The notes: generated from the letters alone by a model not told the origin. Positions 1-8,621 are shown, counted from the stretch's first letter. The stretch: DNA of 35,428 bases from an uncultured Candidatus Saccharibacteria bacterium (GCA_964523855.1 CAZGAF010000001.1:38159-73586), one strand, 5' to 3'. Translations and numbers: made by a program.

Positions 1-36
1 TGACCAGTAACTTGTTACTCGTCACTCAAATGAGCT

Positions 37-363
37 TTAGCTCATTTTTATTTCCACATCCACACCGGCCGGTAAGTTCAAGTTGGTCAAAGAATCTATG
101 GTTTTCGGAGTTGCAGATAAAATATCGATAAGGCGCTTATGTACTCTCATTTCAAACTGTTCGCGGCTGTTTTTATGAACGAAAGTAGAGCGTAATACGG
201 TATACTTAGTTTTTTCTGTAGGCAAAGGGACAGGGCCTGCAATAGACGCACCGGTGCGCTTAGCAGTATCAACAATCTGCTTGGCACTCTGGTCAATAAG
301 CTTATGGTCATAAGCTCTGATTTTTATGCGAATTTTTGGCGCTACGGCCTGGTCTTTCTGCAT
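37..363 (-). CDS. rpsJ: 30S ribosomal protein S10
   Basis: 108-aa ORF; [13 protein letters not shown]...[36 protein letters not shown] is the canonical S10 pattern. Confidence 0.95.
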   Translation of the reverse strand: MQKDQAVAPKIRIKIRAYDHKLIDQSAKQIVDTAKRTGASIAGPVPLPTEKTKYTVLRSTFVHKNSREQFEMRVHKRLIDILSATPKTIDSLTNLNLPAGVDVEIKMS

Positions 364-430
364 GGTTTAAATATTTGCTAAAATACCGATTTAAAATTGA
401 GCTTAAGACTTAACTTAAGCAACTTGCAAT

Positions 431-459
431 AGTTTAATGCACTTTTCAGATTTTGTCAA
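431..459 (-). promoter_or_regulatory. sigma70-like promoter upstream of rpsJ
   Basis: Minus strand reads TTGACA (454-459), 17-nt spacer, TAAACT (431-436). A 7-bp CTTAAG-type hairpin lies in the ~60-nt leader. Confidence 0.45.
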
Positions 460-569
460 CACTTAACAGCAATATTTGACAAAATATTGTATTTATTGCT
501 TAATGATGTAGAATTTATATGTTTTGACGGTTTTACTAAAAATTCATTTAATGACTAAAAAGCTATAAT

Positions 570-1340
570 TTATGAGGAAAATTTCCTCAGTATCAACAAC
601 ATAAACAAAAAAATATTGGCCAATACGCTAAAATAAAAAAATATAAAACCTGGAGTGTATAAAAGTAATCCCAATATTATAACCAAATATTGGAACCCTA
701 GCCCATTTACGCTCACAATGCTCGCAAAACGTGCGCTTGGGACTTTTCTCTCAGAACCAAGCAGACCTTTATCTATCCCATGAGCAATTTTATCCTGCCA
801 GGCATAAAATATGCGGTAAAAAAAGAGCATTATCTTCAAAACAACTGGATTGTCGTAAGGATACGTATTCTGCCCATCTTCTTTTATTTTACTTGTACTA
901 TCTCCCCCGCTACCTGTTCTAAACAAGATACTATAGTAATTAAAAAATGTACCTTGAAAAGAAAAGGAAAGAAAGGCTGTTACTTTTTCCCAAACACTTA
1001 GTCCTGGAAAAAAAGCAAAAAGCATAAAATTACCCAAAAAATCCAAATTACTGTCTAAAAACCTGCCAACCCTAGAAGGCCTATTTTGCAAGCGAGCCAA
1101 AGAGCCATCCGACGCATCCAAAACATTTTTGATAAGTATAAGAACACTTCCCCACCAAACATGGCCTTTTGCTATAAGGTAAACCGCTAAAATAAAGACC
1201 GCAAAATGAAATAGTGTGAGCTGATAGGCTCTAACGGGCGAGCTTTTCAAACTTTTTGCTATAAACACCGCAGGTCTTCTAGCGTAATCTGAAAAGTCCA
1301 CATAGCCCGATTGTATAATTTTATAGCCTGTGTTTTCCAT
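570..1340 (-). CDS. CDP-alcohol phosphatidyltransferase family membrane protein
   Basis: 256-aa multi-TM ORF containing DASDGSLARLQNRPSRVGRFLDSNLD, which fits the DG(x2)AR(x8)G(x3)D(x3)D signature. Confidence 0.75.
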   Translation of the reverse strand: MENTGYKIIQSGYVDFSDYARRPAVFIAKSLKSSPVRAYQLTLFHFAVFILAVYLIAKGHVWWGSVLILIKNVLDASDGSLARLQNRPSRVGRFLDSNLDFLGNFMLFAFFPGLSVWEKVTAFLSFSFQGTFFNYYSILFRTGSGGDSTSKIKEDGQNTYPYDNPVVLKIMLFFYRIFYAWQDKIAHGIDKGLLGSERKVPSARFASIVSVNGLGFQYLVIILGLLLYTPGFIFFYFSVLANIFLFMLLILRKFSS

Positions 1341-1346
1341 TTTTAT

Positions 1347-1355
1347 ATTATAACA
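1347..1355 (-). promoter_or_regulatory. extended -10 element (TGtTATAAT) placed for a leaderless transcript
   Basis: Minus strand reads TGTTATAAT followed by only 6 nt (ATAAAA) before the ATG at 1340. No SD is present. Confidence 0.3.
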
Positions 1356-1360
1356 AAAAG

Positions 1361-1390
1361 AAAAAACCTCTTAACGAGGTTTTTTCTTTT
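1361..1390. terminator. bidirectional intrinsic terminator downstream of tuf
   Basis: AACCTC-ttaac-GAGGTT stem flanked by an A-run on one side and a T-run on the other. Confidence 0.6.
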
Positions 1391-1488
1391 TTAAACAGGC
1401 TGCTTGTAACCACACCTGCGCCTATAGTCCTACCAACTTTTAAACTTGGCAGAAAATTTCGGCGAACAGGTACGAATCATAAGTTAGC

Positions 1489-2682
1489 TTACTTTATAAT
1501 TTTTGTAGCTACTCCTGCACCAACTGTTTTACCGCCTTCTCTAATAGCAAATTTACCTTTTTCTTCCAAAGCTACCGGGGTAATAAGTTTAATGGTTACC
1601 TTTACGGTATCACCAGGCATAACCATTTCCTGACCTTCAGGCAAAGTAACTTCACCAGTCACGTCAGTGGTGCGTACGTAGAATTGAGGCTTATAACCTT
1701 TAAAGAATGGAGTGTGACGGCCACCTTCTTCCTTTTTGAGAACGTAAATTTCAGCTTCGAACTCTGTATGAGGAGTAATAGAACCCGGCTTGGCCAAAAC
1801 CTGACCGCGTTCTACGTCTTCCTTCTTGGTACCACGAAGCAAAATACCTGCATTGTCACCAGCCATACCGCTGTCGAGCTGTTTGTTGAACATTTCAATA
1901 CCAGTTACAACAGTTTTAGAAGTCGGGCGGATACCAACGATTTCAATTTCGTCGTTAAGCTTAACTTCACCACGTTCTATACGGCCGGTAACCACTGTAC
2001 CACGACCTTCAATGGAGAAGATGTCTTCGATAGGCATTAAGAACGGCTTATCGGTTTCGCGCTTTGGGTCTGGGATGTAAGAGTCCAAAGCTTCAACAAG
2101 CTTCATAATAGCCGGTTCACCGAGTTCACCTTGGTCGCCTTCCAAAGCTTTCAAAGCAGAACCTCTGATAATCGGAGTGTCTTTACCCGGGAATTCATAT
2201 TTGGACAAAAGATCGCGAATTTCTTCTTCAACCAAATCCAAAAGTTCTTTGTCCTGTACCATGTCGCACTTATTCATAAATACAACAATGTAAGGCACAC
2301 CTACCTGACGAGCGAGCAAAATGTGTTCGCGAGTCTGAGGCATAGGACCGTCTACAGCAGAAACAACCAAGATAGCGCCATCCATTTGGGCAGCACCGGT
2401 GATCATGTTCTTAATGTAGTCAGCGTGACCAGGACAGTCTACGTGAGCATAGTGACGTTTGTCAGAATGATACTCAACGTGAGCGGTGTTAATGGTAATA
2501 CCGCGGGCTTTTTCTTCCGGGGCATTGTCAATCTGGTCATAGGCTTTAGCCTTAATGTCCGGATTCTTTTTTGCCAATACGGTTGTAATGGCGGCAGTCA
2601 AAGTGGTTTTTCCGTGGTCAACGTGGCCAATAGTACCAACGTTCACGTGCACTTTACTGCGGTCAAATTTTCCATCTGCCAT
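1489..2682 (-). CDS. tuf: elongation factor Tu
   Basis: 397 aa; [18 protein letters not shown] and NKCD GTPase motifs; full-length EF-Tu pattern. Confidence 0.97.
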   Translation of the reverse strand: MADGKFDRSKVHVNVGTIGHVDHGKTTLTAAITTVLAKKNPDIKAKAYDQIDNAPEEKARGITINTAHVEYHSDKRHYAHVDCPGHADYIKNMITGAAQMDGAILVVSAVDGPMPQTREHILLARQVGVPYIVVFMNKCDMVQDKELLDLVEEEIRDLLSKYEFPGKDTPIIRGSALKALEGDQGELGEPAIMKLVEALDSYIPDPKRETDKPFLMPIEDIFSIEGRGTVVTGRIERGEVKLNDEIEIVGIRPTSKTVVTGIEMFNKQLDSGMAGDNAGILLRGTKKEDVERGQVLAKPGSITPHTEFEAEIYVLKKEEGGRHTPFFKGYKPQFYVRTTDVTGEVTLPEGQEMVMPGDTVKVTIKLITPVALEEKGKFAIREGGKTVGAGVATKIIK

Positions 2683-2780
2683 AGCAATAATGTCTTTCTT
2701 TTAGCTTTTTAGCTTCTTGGCTTTTTAGCTTTTTAGGTTTTGACTAACAAGCTACAAGCTACTTGCTACCAGCTAATTGG
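2683..2780 (-). repeat. phased short tandem arrays in the tuf 5' leader
   Basis: Sense strand reads TAGCTGG TAGCAAG TAGCTTG TAGCTTG (heptamers), then TAAAAAGC TAAAAAGC CAAGAAGC TAAAAAGC (octamers), directly before the ATG. Confidence 0.6.
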
Positions 2781-2896
2781 CCCGAGATTCCCTAAGCGCT
2801 ATTGCGTATCGATTCCGCTTCAGCGCCAAGAGGGTCTCTTTTTCCACCCTACAAAAGGGTGGTCCAGGGCTATAAATTAATTTTTATAACAAAAAA

Positions 2897-2925
2897 ATTC
2901 TACCGCATTTTTTTCATAGTGTCAA
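2897..2925 (-). promoter_or_regulatory. sigma70-like promoter for tuf
   Basis: Minus strand reads TTGACA (2920-2925), 17 nt, TAGAAT (2897-2902). This implies a ~200-nt leader. Confidence 0.5.
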
Positions 2926-2965
2926 ACACATCAAAAGCATCTGAATTACTACCCTCTGATTTGGT

Positions 2966-3011
2966 AAAAAAAGACAACCGTCATTCTCTTATATGGAGAA
3001 TGACGGTTGTC
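2966..3011 (-). terminator. strong intrinsic terminator after the 119-aa gene
   Basis: Perfect 16-bp stem GACAACCGTCATTCTC / GAGAATGACGGTTGTC with a 7-nt loop, followed on the minus strand by TTTTTTT. Confidence 0.8.
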
Positions 3012-3067
3012 CAAACTTAAAATTGTTTAACTTCTGAAGGCGCTAGAAGCATATATAGTTCCGTAGC

Positions 3068-3427
3068 TTAGAAATCATCGTCCATTTTAGGCATTTCAAA
3101 GTCGAAGCTAGGGTCTATAACTTCGGCTCGCAAATCCGGCTGGCGCCTTATACCGTTATTTAAAAAAGTATTTGGGTTTTTATATACGCTTTCGGTTTTT
3201 TTAAAATCTTCTGTGTATAAATTTTCTTCGGGTGCAATTTGAGCCTGAGTAATTTCCTTATTTATAGTTTCCACGTCCAAAGACTCAACTTCCCCACTTC
3301 TTAAAAGCAAAGCTTCGTACTGCTCAATAGGCATAATAACCAAAGACGGTTCCCCTGTTTCGTCAATGACAAAAAACTTACCTCCATCTGCCTTAGCTAA
3401 ATTTATTAAATCATTTATATTGGCCAT
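3068..3427 (-). CDS. hypothetical protein with acidic C-terminus; N-terminus faintly Phd/YefM-like
   Basis: 119-aa ORF in the same orientation as its neighbours and followed by a strong terminator. No recognisable catalytic motif. Confidence 0.55.
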   Translation of the reverse strand: MANINDLINLAKADGGKFFVIDETGEPSLVIMPIEQYEALLLRSGEVESLDVETINKEITQAQIAPEENLYTEDFKKTESVYKNPNTFLNNGIRRQPDLRAEVIDPSFDFEMPKMDDDF

Positions 3428-3564
3428 ATAGAATAGCTTCTAAGGGTTAGCCTTTAGCTTTGTAATAATGCAATTATAGCTATATTTTGAAAGCATTTCA
3501 ACATACCAAAAAAAACTTTACCAAAGTATCATTTTATGATAGCTTGTTGATGAAAGGGGGTACT

Positions 3565-3729
3565 ATGTGCTCAATGCTTTCTGAACTCGACACTTGTCCC
3601 ACCTGCGGGGTAAACGAGCTAGATCATGACTTCAGCGCATGCCAAGAGTATCTTCACGAACAGATGCTCCAACAGGCTAACTTGCAAACCCCAAACAGCC
3701 AGGAGGACTCATGTTCATCTATCTCGTAA
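3565..3729 (+). CDS. orphan micro-protein (54 aa, CPTCG motif)
   Basis: AAAGGGGG SD-like box 4 nt before the ATG at 3565. G+C-richer than the flanks and overlaps the next ORF. Confidence 0.4.
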   Translation: MCSMLSELDTCPTCGVNELDHDFSACQEYLHEQMLQQANLQTPNSQEDSCSSIS

Positions 3730-3899
3730 AAGGCACAGGTTTCATAAGTATTGTTATTTCGGAACATCCGAATGTAGACGATGCAAAGAAAGATCACGAA
3801 AACCGAGACATGATTCCTGGTAACGAATGGCATCTTCTTGGCCCCTTCGACCAAGACCGCCAAGACTTCGGAGCATTCGATATTCATCCACACCTCTAG
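3711..3899 (+). CDS. orphan micro-protein (62 aa)
   Basis: AGGAGG 4 nt upstream of the ATG. Its own terminator overlaps the stop codon. Confidence 0.5.
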   Translation: MFIYLVKGTGFISIVISEHPNVDDAKKDHENRDMIPGNEWHLLGPFDQDRQDFGAFDIHPHL

Positions 3900-3925
3900 T
3901 ATGTATGATGCTTAGAGGTTTTTTA
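3893..3925 (+). terminator. intrinsic terminator of the plus-strand micro-ORF pair
   Basis: CCTCTA-14 nt-TAGAGG followed by TTTTTTA. Confidence 0.6.
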
Positions 3926-3936
3926 TTTATATAAAA

Positions 3937-3975
3937 CAAGGGGAATCCTTGCGGTTGCCGCAAAGATTCCCCTTG
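3937..3975. terminator. long hairpin terminator downstream of fusA
   Basis: CAAGGGGAATC..GCGG-ttg-CCGC..GATTCCCCTTG. On the minus strand it is followed by TTTTAT. Confidence 0.65.
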
Positions 3976-4017
3976 TGTGTTATCTGCGTTATCTGTTCCT
4001 GATCTACGTATCTGCGG

Positions 4018-6141
4018 TTACATACCTTTTCTTACATTTATACCAGCTCTGCTTTCAATAATCTTCGCTGCAACGTTCCTCGGAACTTCAGCATAGTGGT
4101 CGAATTCCATGGTGTAGGAAGCTTGACCTTGGGTCATGGACCTTAAGGTTGTAGCGTAACCAAACATTTCGGAAAGCGGCACTTGTGCGTTTATAACTTT
4201 CAAGTGCAAACGGTCAGTCATTTCATTTATTTGAGCACGCTTGGAGTTTAAGTCGCCAATTACGTCACCCATGTTAGTTTCCGGAGTTATAACTTCAACT
4301 TTCATAACAGGTTCCAAAATAATTGGGTCGGCTTTCTTAACCGCGTCTTGCAAAGCTTTAGAACCGGCAATTTTGAAAGCCATTTCCGAAGAGTCAACTT
4401 CGTGGTAGCTACCGTCGTAAGCTGTGGCTTTAAAGTCTACAAGCGGGTAACCGGCTATAACGCCGTTTGCAGCAGACTCTTGAATACCCTTGTCTATAGG
4501 TTTAATAAATTCTTTTGGAATAACACCACCAACAATGGCATCTTCGAATTCATAACCTTTACCGCGCTCAAGCGGCTCAACACGCAAGTAAACATGGCCG
4601 TACTGACCTTTACCACCAGTTTGGCGAATGTATTTGCTTTCAGCTTCAGCCATTTTCTTGAAGGTTTCTTTGTAAGCAACTTCCGGCTTACCTACATTAG
4701 CTTCCACTTTAAATTCGCGCTTCATGCGGTCTACAATAATTTCCAAGTGAAGCTCACCCATACCAGCAATAATAGTCTGCTGAGTTTCTTCGTTTGTAGA
4801 AAGTTTAAATGTCGGATCTTCTTCAGCCAATTTCTGCAAAGCAATACCCATTTTTTCCTGGTCAGCTTTAGTCTTCGGCTCAATAGCCATAGAAATAACA
4901 GGTTCAGCGAATTTGATGGTTTCTAACTGGACTGGCTTTTCTACGTCACACAAAGTATCTCCGGTAAAAGTGTTTTTAGGACCCACCAAAGCACAAATAT
5001 CTCCTGCAAAAACTTCTTTAACTTCGTCACGCTGATCTGCGCGCATACGCACAATACGACCCACGCGTTCTTTGTCACCCGTACGTGCATTTAGGACATA
5101 TGACCCAGCTTCTAGCTTACCGGCATACACGCGGAAGAAACATAAGCGACCTACAAAAGGGTCGGTGGCAATTTTAAAAGCTAACGCTGTAAAAGGTTCG
5201 TCGTCGTTTGGTTTTCGAATTATTTCCGCACCGGTTTTTAGGTCATGACCTTTAGTCTCACCACGGTCGGTTGGAGAAGGTAAAAAGTTGGTGACAGCGT
5301 CCAAAACAGTTTGCACAATAATACCACGACCGTCCCCACCCAAAACCGGGAAGAATTTTGCAGACTGCACAGCTTTACGAATAGCTGTCAAAAATTCTTG
5401 TTCAGTAAGCTCAGTGCCGCCCAAATATTTTTCCATCAATACATCGTCGTATTCAACAACTTTTTCTAAGAGACGGTGACGGTACTCTTTAGCCTTCTCT
5501 AACATATCAGCCGGAATTTCACCAATAGTGAACTCTTTGTCTTTATAGTCCTTGTAGGTGTAAGCTTTCATGTTTATCAAATCCACAACACCAACAATAT
5601 CCTTTTCAAAACCTATTGGAAGTTGAATAGGAAAAGCGTTTGGAGACAAGCGCTTATGAATAGAATCTAAGGACTTATAAAAATCACCACCGGTTTGGTT
5701 GATTTTGTTTATAAAGCACATACGAGGCACACCGTATTTGTCGGCCTGGCGCCATACAGTTTCAGATTGCGGCTCTACACCCATTTTACCGTCAAAAACG
5801 GTAACAGCGCCGTCCAAGACACGCAAACTACGCTCTACTTCTACAGTAAAGTCCACGTGACCCGGGGTGTCTATAATGTTGATTTTATGTTTGACGTCAC
5901 CCGCTAATTTTATAAAGCGAGGCTGCCAGTAACATGTAACAGCGGCGGCAGTAATAGTAATACCGCGTTCGCGTTCTTGTTCCATCCAGTCGGTTGTGGT
6001 TTCACCTTCGTGTACCGCACCGATCTTGTGGATCATACCAGTATTGAACAAAATACCTTCCGTAACAGTAGTTTTACCCGCATCAATGTGGGCAATAATA
6101 CCTATGTTACGAGTGACTTCAATAGGATATTCTCGGGGCAT
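4018..6141 (-). CDS. fusA: elongation factor G
   Basis: 707 aa; [17 protein letters not shown] and the full EF-G domain pattern. Confidence 0.97.
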   Translation of the reverse strand: MPREYPIEVTRNIGIIAHIDAGKTTVTEGILFNTGMIHKIGAVHEGETTTDWMEQERERGITITAAAVTCYWQPRFIKLAGDVKHKINIIDTPGHVDFTVEVERSLRVLDGAVTVFDGKMGVEPQSETVWRQADKYGVPRMCFINKINQTGGDFYKSLDSIHKRLSPNAFPIQLPIGFEKDIVGVVDLINMKAYTYKDYKDKEFTIGEIPADMLEKAKEYRHRLLEKVVEYDDVLMEKYLGGTELTEQEFLTAIRKAVQSAKFFPVLGGDGRGIIVQTVLDAVTNFLPSPTDRGETKGHDLKTGAEIIRKPNDDEPFTALAFKIATDPFVGRLCFFRVYAGKLEAGSYVLNARTGDKERVGRIVRMRADQRDEVKEVFAGDICALVGPKNTFTGDTLCDVEKPVQLETIKFAEPVISMAIEPKTKADQEKMGIALQKLAEEDPTFKLSTNEETQQTIIAGMGELHLEIIVDRMKREFKVEANVGKPEVAYKETFKKMAEAESKYIRQTGGKGQYGHVYLRVEPLERGKGYEFEDAIVGGVIPKEFIKPIDKGIQESAANGVIAGYPLVDFKATAYDGSYHEVDSSEMAFKIAGSKALQDAVKKADPIILEPVMKVEVITPETNMGDVIGDLNSKRAQINEMTDRLHLKVINAQVPLSEMFGYATTLRSMTQGQASYTMEFDHYAEVPRNVAAKIIESRAGINVRKGM

Positions 6142-6435
6142 AATAATTTAATCGATAGTGCTAGTTAATAGTTTTTAGTTTTTGTAGCGCAGGACATTGG
6201 CCTGCTGTATTTTTATTTTAATTCAAAATTAAAAAATCAAAGTTTAAAATTTCAGTTGAAAGTTCAAAATGCAATACTCTATGGAATCTTTTTCTTCGCT
6301 TCTTTTATCTATCATTTCGGACAAATTACAAATTATTAATTTGCTCCGGAATCTAGAACCTAACAATACCCTGTCTTGGGTCCCGGATATTTTTCGCAAA
6401 GCCTCAAAATTCCGGGATGACAATGCATTTTAGTT

Positions 6436-6476
6436 TCAGCGTTTTATCAGCGTACTAAATCAGCGGCCGTTCAGCG
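6436..6476. repeat. four TCAGCG hexamers at 11/13/11-nt spacing
   Basis: TCAGCG at 6436, 6447, 6460 and 6471, immediately downstream of the rpsG stop codon. Confidence 0.5.
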
Positions 6477-6478
6477 AA

Positions 6479-7042
6479 CTAACGTCTCTTATTTCCAAAC
6501 CTTGCAAAGTGGGCAAAAGCTTTGTTAGCTTCAGCCATTCTGTGGGTGTCGTCGCGCTTCTTAATAGCGGCTCCAACTTTGTTAAAGCCGTCAATTATTT
6601 CGGTAGCCAATTTCTGAGCCATAGGAGCGCCTTTTTTTGCGCGGGCAGCAGCAATAAGCCACTTCATACCAATGCTGGTTCTTCTCGGTTCAACAACTTC
6701 CATAGGAACCTGGTAGTTAGCACCACCAATACGGCGGCTCTTAAGTTCCATTATTGGGGAAATGTTTTTTAAAGCAATATCAAAAACCTGGCGGCCGTCC
6801 AACTTTTGAGGTTTAGCTGCCGGTTTGTCAGCGGAAGGCTTAGCTGCTGCAGGCGCAGCGGCTTGCACTAAACTCTCTGCCTTTTCGCCAACTATTTCTA
6901 AAGCGGTGTAAAAAATCTTGCGAGCAACATTTTTCTTTCCGCGCTCCATCATGTAATTTATAAATTTTGCGTACTTAACCGAACCAAACTTTGGGTCAGG
7001 TTCCGGAGTGTGCTTGTCGTAATTTCTAGATTTTCTTGGCAT
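6479..7042 (-). CDS. rpsG: 30S ribosomal protein S7 with an internal Ala/Pro/Lys-rich insertion
   Basis: 187 aa; PDPKFGS..., KSRRIGGANYQVPMEV and HRMAEANKAFAHF are S7 hallmarks. Confidence 0.95.
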   Translation of the reverse strand: MPRKSRNYDKHTPEPDPKFGSVKYAKFINYMMERGKKNVARKIFYTALEIVGEKAESLVQAAAPAAAKPSADKPAAKPQKLDGRQVFDIALKNISPIMELKSRRIGGANYQVPMEVVEPRRTSIGMKWLIAAARAKKGAPMAQKLATEIIDGFNKVGAAIKKRDDTHRMAEANKAFAHFARFGNKRR

Positions 7043-7134
7043 GATAGTGAATTTAAAATGTAAATCTCAAAGTGTAAAATATAGGTGTCCCGCTAAGCGG
7101 GACTCTATAACTTTTCATTTTGATTTTTAAATTT

Positions 7135-7548
7135 TTACTTATTCTTAGCTCCGTACTTAGAACGGCTGCCTTTTCTCCCGTCGACTCCGAGAGTATCCAA
7201 CTTACCGCGAACAATGTGGTAACGCACACCAGGCAAATCTTTTACCCTGCCGCCGCGTATCATAACCACGCTGTGTTCTTGAAGGTTATGGCCAATACCA
7301 GGGATATAGGCAATAACTTCCATACCGTTAGTTAACTTTACCTTTGCAACTTTTCGCAAAGCCGAGTTCGGCTTTTTCGGAGTTGTGGTATAAACTTTCA
7401 AACATACTCCTCGCATAAAAGGAGCGCCTTTTCTCAAAGGTACTTCTCTGTTCTTCAAAAGGTTCAAGCGGTGCTGCAAAGCCGGAGACTTAGACTTGGC
7501 TTTAAGCGGTGCTCTACCCTTTCTTACCAATTGGTTGATTGTTGGCAT
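7135..7548 (-). CDS. rpsL: 30S ribosomal protein S12
   Basis: [12 protein letters not shown] start at 7548, which is the canonical S12 N-terminus. The 20 aa upstream in the ORF track are not S12-like. Confidence 0.93.
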   Translation of the reverse strand: MPTINQLVRKGRAPLKAKSKSPALQHRLNLLKNREVPLRKGAPFMRGVCLKVYTTTPKKPNSALRKVAKVKLTNGMEVIAYIPGIGHNLQEHSVVMIRGGRVKDLPGVRYHIVRGKLDTLGVDGRKGSRSKYGAKNK

Positions 7549-7658
7549 TTGATTAGTTGTCAGTGAATAGTGACTAGTGTTTAGTAGTAACAACTTCTCA
7601 CTAAACACTGCACACTGTCCACTAAATAATAATTTTCTTGAATGTTTGTAATAAGCAA

Positions 7659-7682
7659 CAAAAAAATCCTAGCAAAAGGATT
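7659..7682 (-). terminator. weak intrinsic terminator / attenuator inside the rpsL upstream region
   Basis: Minus strand reads AATCCT-tttgct-AGGATT followed by TTTTTTT. Confidence 0.35.
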
Positions 7683-7859
7683 ATTTGCTACTTCGCATTG
7701 TTGGTAATCACCAGAAACCTCTTGGTGTTACCTCTTTACCTCTCCTTTCTTAAGGAGAGGTTTAGATGAGGTCACTTCCCAAATTTGCGACTTAAAATTA
7801 AGTAATTCCCTGGCATTTTAAATTTAAACGCTTCGGGGGTTTCTTATTCAATTAGAAAT

Positions 7860-7888
7860 ATTGTACAAAAATAAAGTCTTTTTGTCAA
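7860..7888 (-). promoter_or_regulatory. near-consensus sigma70 promoter upstream of the str cluster
   Basis: Minus strand reads TTGACA (7883-7888), exactly 17 nt, TACAAT (7860-7865). Confidence 0.55.
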
Positions 7889-7899
7889 ACCTTAAGGCC

Positions 7900-8487
7900 T
7901 TAAACTATTAAGCCCAAAACCAGCCTATATAAAGGCTCGACCAAGACAGACAACAAACCTGTCATAACTAAAATTATGAGAATAATAAAACCATACCCCT
8001 CCCATTTCAAAATGCTTTCCTGCCAGGCCCGAGGCGCAATAGACAAAATAACTTTACTGCCGTCTAAAGGCGGAATTGGTATGAGGTTAAAAACGCCCAA
8101 AGCAATGTTTAAAAACACCGCTCTACTCAAAACCACGGCCGCAAACTGACTAGCTAGGCCTAAGCGAATAACCGCTACAAACAAAACTGCTAAGGCAAAA
8201 TTACTCAAAGGCCCCGCCAAAGAAACCATAGCCATACCTAGACGTTTTGGTTTTAAATTCTCAAAGTCGACAGGCACAGGCTTTGCAGCTCCTATCCCAA
8301 CCAAAAAAGGCATAAGTATAGAGCCTATGGGGTCAATGTGAGGAATGGGGTTTAAAGTTATGCGGCCCGCTTCCCTAGCGGTATCATCGCCAAATTTTTC
8401 GGCCATTAGACCATGGCTTACTTCGTGCACCACCACGGAAAAAATCAAAATCGCCACATCGATAATTTTTAAAGTTGTTGAATCCAT
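7900..8487 (-). CDS. site-2 protease family (peptidase M50) membrane metalloprotease
   Basis: 195-aa multi-TM ORF with HEVSHG (HExxH) in the first TM region and a LNLIPIPPLDG motif. Confidence 0.85.
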   Translation of the reverse strand: MDSTTLKIIDVAILIFSVVVHEVSHGLMAEKFGDDTAREAGRITLNPIPHIDPIGSILMPFLVGIGAAKPVPVDFENLKPKRLGMAMVSLAGPLSNFALAVLFVAVIRLGLASQFAAVVLSRAVFLNIALGVFNLIPIPPLDGSKVILSIAPRAWQESILKWEGYGFIILIILVMTGLLSVLVEPLYRLVLGLIV

Positions 8488-8525
8488 GTAAAATAAGACT
8501 TAGTGAGTAAAAAACCTAAAATCCC

Positions 8526-8554
8526 TTGACCATTATAACAAACTATGATAAAGT
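8526..8554 (+). promoter_or_regulatory. sigma70-like promoter for rpmB
   Basis: TTGACC (8526-8531), 17 nt, TAAAGT (8549-8554). Confidence 0.5.
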
Positions 8555-8621
8555 ATTGAAGTCCAATTGAAGCCATACTCAATTTTTCAATTTTAAATCT
8601 TTAAACATTTCTACTATTTTT

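Noticed and set aside
1391-1488. tRNA-like fragments (AGTTGGTAG, GGTTACAAG) downstream of tuf, and a possible rpmG.
   Set aside because: No complete cloverleaf can be drawn on either strand, and the only ORF is 16 aa and unlike L33.
1684-2712. Plus-strand ORFs of 84-193 aa antisense to tuf. Similar antisense ORFs overlap fusA (4348-4926, 5288-6168), glyA (15853-16545), leuS, metG, nfo (26322-26918), the M16 peptidase (27798-28334) and glyQS (31240-31683).
   Set aside because: They lie entirely inside strongly supported conserved genes on the other strand. Their translations are low-complexity and Phe/Asn/Ser-rich, and they have no SD box or promoter. These are typical shadow ORFs.
7549-7608. 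A 20-aa N-terminal extension of S12 in the ORF track.
   Set aside because: The canonical S12 N-terminus [12 protein letters not shown] starts at 7548, and the upstream residues overlap the phased heptamer array.
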